Below are positions 61,300-64,000 of a stretch of DNA of 64,000 nt, piece after piece. The stretch covers positions 30,637 through 94,636 of the forward strand of contig JASFIV010000001.1 in NCBI GenBank assembly GCA_050122475.1, given 5' to 3'. The first letter of the stretch is position 1. Each line of letters opens with the position of its first letter. The position numbers were made by a program, and so were the translations under genes. Origin of the DNA: Desulfobacterales bacterium (GTDB lineage: Bacteria; Desulfobacterota; Desulfobacteria; Desulfobacterales; JAHEIW01). The notes beneath the pieces were generated by a model, which saw nothing but the letters and a program-made list of their open reading frames with translations, was not told the origin of the DNA and made no database searches.

Positions 61300-63882
61300 C
61301 TAGGTGTTTTTTAATTCCTGCCGGCAGAGATGGATTTGTTTGATAAGCTGGTCGGCGGTTTGATAGCGCTTGCTGACCCCTTTACACAACAATTTATCAA
61401 TCAGCTTTACACAACATATCGGCGTTCGGGGCGCTACTTGCGATAGCGGGGCATAGTTACTATTGGTGATGGCATACATCAGGGCCGTAATATTTTCACC
61501 TGTGAAGGGTTTTTCGGCGCTGAGCATTTCGTATAAAACAACCCCGAGTGAAAACAGATCCGAGCGGCCGTCTACCTTTTTACCGGCCACCTGTTCGGGC
61601 GACATGTAGTTCGGCGTGCCGAAAATAATACCGGTTTCAGTTTTGGTTGACGAGCTCATGACCCGGGCGATGCCAAAATCAGCTACTTTGGTTTGATCAT
61701 TATCCAGCAGAATGATGTTGGCCGGTTTGATGTCCCGATGGATAACACCCTGCTGATGAGCATAAGCCAGTGCCTCTGCCGCCGAAAGCCCTATACTGAG
61801 AACCCGATCGACTGCCAGCAAATTGTCTTTTTTGCAAAAATGGGTTAGTTCCCTGCCTTTCAACAACTCCATGGCAATATAGGCCATATCGTGATCTTCG
61901 CCGACATCGTAAATGGTCACGATGTTCGGATGTGATAGTTTCCCGGCGGCCTCGGCCTCCCGGAAAAATTGATCTTTCACCGCAGTAAGCTGCTGGGCTT
62001 CGACTTCAGCATAATTGAGTGTTTTGATCGCCACTTCACGATTGATGCTCGGATCTTTGCCCAGGTAAACCGTTCCCATGGCGCCACGACCCAGCTCTTT
62101 GATAATTTCATACCGCCCTAGGATAGGCTTGGTGGTGGAATCGGCCCACAGAAGGCCGGCATCCTTTTTATTCTGACCGACAGGCATGGCCAGTGTCTGT
62201 TCAAATTGTTTCAAATGCTTTATCCTGCGCTTGATGTCTTTAAACGTGCCGGCCTTTAAAATATGGTTGTAGACCGCCAACGCTTTATTGAACATTCTTT
62301 TGCGCTCGAAATCCAATCCAAGGTTGTAAAGCAATGCTTTTATCGATTTGTCGGTAATGGGACATTTCAAAAATTTTTCGAAGGCCATATCCAGCATACC
62401 CTGACCCTGCAAAGATAACCCCAGTGACTTGTTCAATTCGACGCTTTCATCTTTTTTGGCATCGGATATGCGCAGTCGACCGGTGATCATAAAACCTGCG
62501 GCGGCAAACAGCGCTGGTGTAATGCTGCGCAGCCATTGCCCCTGGGTCACCAGCAACAATACGGCAACGCCCAGCCAGGTGGCCAGAAAAATTGCAAAGA
62601 TGAGCATCCCGATTCGCGGCGGCACTTTGGGGATGACAACCAGCAAAAAGAAGCCAAAATATAAAAGGACCGAGATCTCCAGAGCCGCAAACCATGAAGG
62701 CCTTGAAATATGTCTGCGATTGATGATGTTTTCAACCGCACAGGCGGATATTTCTAAACTCGAGGTTTCACCCTGACGCGGTATTTGATAGTGGGGGATA
62801 AAAGCATCTGCGGTTAGCCCAAGCATTACTGCTTTGTTGCGAAGTCGTTCAGGCTCAATCCTGCCTTCCATTAAATCAATTGCTGAAATCCTGTGAATAT
62901 TGGTTTTCCGGCTGCTGAAATCGATCAGCATCCGATGCGGCCCGGTGGTCGGCACGGACAGTTGTCTGATTTGCAGACCGGAAGAATGACTACGAACGTT
63001 TCGGATGGTTGCGCCGTAATATTTTATGGCGACCTGCAAGGCCAGAGATGCAAAATCTCTGTCTTGAAAGCGGATGAACAATGGAACACTACGGATCTTG
63101 CCATCTGGATCGACAATCAGGTTGATGTGGCCTAAAGCGCCTGATTTGCGTGACAGCTCCTGATAGGGCTGTTGAACCTGTGAGACCCGTATGGCCTCGG
63201 CGGGGCGCAGATTGAATAAGATTGCAGCTGTTTTGACCGGCAGATTCTGCCCAGCGATCTCTTCAGGGAATTGGCGCGAATTCAATTTCAACCAGTCCGA
63301 CAAAGCGGGTGCGGCCGTATTATCCGATTCGGTCAGAATAAAGCGAAGGGGCAAGATGGCATTACGCGCCGTTCGGACAGCAGAGATTAGACGGGCATCA
63401 TGATCCAAACGGTTTTGCGTTTGTACGAGCAGGCGGTCGATTTTTTTGATGATTTGTTTTTTAACGGGTGGCAGATTTTCGGGAAAGTTTTCTCTTAGAT
63501 TTTGAATTTCTTTCCCGCCGGCATTCAGCTCCCGGTTGCGGTATAAAATGGAGATGCCCAGAGTGTGGGCACCGTTTTTTGAAAGGGTGTTGATGATCTC
63601 TGCTATGTAAGAACGCGGCCAGGGCCAATCACCCACCTTATTAAGGCTGATATCATCAATGCTGACAATAATGACCGGCATGCCTTCTTTTGGGCGCCTC
63701 AGACTCGACATCAAGTCATATGCCTTGTATTCAAGCAAGAGCAATGGCTTGAAGCCAAAAAGCATGCTCGCCAGGACAGCTATCAGCAGCATAAGGCAAA
63801 CGGAACGGCTGGAACTGAATACATGTTTAATACCCATAGGCATACACATTGATAAATTGCGCCTTGGAAAACCGACATCCAT
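61300..63882 (-). CDS. CHASE2 sensor domain - TM - TPR-like linker - Ser/Thr protein kinase
   Basis: The N-terminal TM helix and CHASE2-like region (IVSIDDISLNKVGDWPWPR) are followed by three TM helices. The C-terminal Hanks kinase motifs are intact: LGRGAMGTVYLG, VAIKTL, HRDIKPANIIL, DFGIARV and MSPEQ. The start is uncertain (alternative ATGs at 63849, 63843 and 63837). Confidence 0.8.
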   Translation of the reverse strand: MDVGFPRRNLSMCMPMGIKHVFSSSRSVCLMLLIAVLASMLFGFKPLLLLEYKAYDLMSSLRRPKEGMPVIIVSIDDISLNKVGDWPWPRSYIAEIINTLSKNGAHTLGISILYRNRELNAGGKEIQNLRENFPENLPPVKKQIIKKIDRLLVQTQNRLDHDARLISAVRTARNAILPLRFILTESDNTAAPALSDWLKLNSRQFPEEIAGQNLPVKTAAILFNLRPAEAIRVSQVQQPYQELSRKSGALGHINLIVDPDGKIRSVPLFIRFQDRDFASLALQVAIKYYGATIRNVRSHSSGLQIRQLSVPTTGPHRMLIDFSSRKTNIHRISAIDLMEGRIEPERLRNKAVMLGLTADAFIPHYQIPRQGETSSLEISACAVENIINRRHISRPSWFAALEISVLLYFGFFLLVVIPKVPPRIGMLIFAIFLATWLGVAVLLLVTQGQWLRSITPALFAAAGFMITGRLRISDAKKDESVELNKSLGLSLQGQGMLDMAFEKFLKCPITDKSIKALLYNLGLDFERKRMFNKALAVYNHILKAGTFKDIKRRIKHLKQFEQTLAMPVGQNKKDAGLLWADSTTKPILGRYEIIKELGRGAMGTVYLGKDPSINREVAIKTLNYAEVEAQQLTAVKDQFFREAEAAGKLSHPNIVTIYDVGEDHDMAYIAMELLKGRELTHFCKKDNLLAVDRVLSIGLSAAEALAYAHQQGVIHRDIKPANIILLDNDQTKVADFGIARVMSSSTKTETGIIFGTPNYMSPEQVAGKKVDGRSDLFSLGVVLYEMLSAEKPFTGENITALMYAITNSNYAPLSQVAPRTPICCVKLIDKLLCKGVSKRYQTADQLIKQIHLCRQELKNT

Positions 63883-63910
63883 CGAAGAAAATGGAGGGTT
63901 CCACAGTTGC

Positions 63911-64000
63911 TTATCTTAATCCGAACTCAAGCTGCCAGGATCGGGCACCATCATTTACAACGACGTCTTCCTGACGGATTTGATTGATGGAATAGCCTTC
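63911..64000 (-). CDS. Possible 3' end of an upstream gene continuing beyond the window
   Basis: On the minus strand, a frame is open from the window edge to TAA at 63911-63913 (..EGYSINQIRQEDVVVNDGARSWQLEFGLR*). Only 29 codons are visible, so support is weak. Confidence 0.25.
   Translation of the reverse strand, partial: EGYSINQIRQEDVVVNDGARSWQLEFGLR

Noticed and set aside
1-64000. Mobile genetic element, prophage, defence island or selenocysteine-recoded genes.
   Set aside because: I recognised no transposase, integrase, phage structural, restriction or toxin-antitoxin genes. I noticed no pair of adjacent same-frame ORFs split by a single TGA. I could not test the latter systematically by eye.

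Overview
A 64-kb chromosomal segment with about 43 protein-coding genes on both strands. I saw no rRNA, tRNA, CRISPR array, transposase, integrase or phage genes. The gene content includes formate-THF ligase, several B12-type radical SAM enzymes, HDOD and CHASE2 signalling proteins, and a PlsA/Ger-type giant enzyme. This suggests an anaerobic Desulfobacterota (Desulfobacterales-like) organism, but that is inference only.

Layout:
- 1-12.5 kb: a purine/urate-type cluster. It holds an SsnA-like fragment, YgeW-like carbamoyltransferase, YgfK-like Fe-S flavoprotein, a second amidohydrolase, an NCS2 permease and a three-subunit xanthine-dehydrogenase-family enzyme.
- 12.8-24.4 kb: bacterioferritin, an HDOD protein, a B12-radical SAM enzyme, fhs, a heterodimeric ABC exporter pair and an RNase II/R-family enzyme.
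- 25-30.7 kb: a YbaK-like protein, a TetR regulator, a HAD-like/PurM-like fusion and a B12-radical SAM-TPR protein.
- 30.7-35.5 kb: an uncharacterised envelope cluster (FHA-FHA-TM-TPR protein plus two paralogous lipoproteins, one carrying a beta-helix).
- 35.6-56.5 kb: a lipid/envelope-flavoured neighbourhood. It holds GDPD, MFS, a nitroreductase-like protein, a 1465-aa double-activase/DUF2229 protein, NodT, a tandem CDP-alcohol phosphatidyltransferase, MurJ, FabH, a radical SAM enzyme, a Cys-rich mini-protein and an AsmA-like giant.
- 56.9-64 kb: a TPR-ADH fusion ORF, IscU with a zinc-ribbon tail, an IscS/NifS homologue lacking the PLP lysine, a small SeqA-N-like protein and a CHASE2-Ser/Thr kinase.

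The most striking feature not explained by genes is in the intergenic gaps. Most of the larger ones carry one or more long imperfect hairpins. Their arms are built from 2-4 tandem copies of a short (about 6-10 nt) word, with the complementary words in the other arm. Different loci use different words. A few word families recur: ATTGAATATT three times, CACGAAG/CACAAAG four times, GGAATATTGGAAT twice. One ~170-bp element occurs as two ~85-90% identical inverted copies 30 kb apart.

All functional calls rest on motif recognition by eye. No database search was run.
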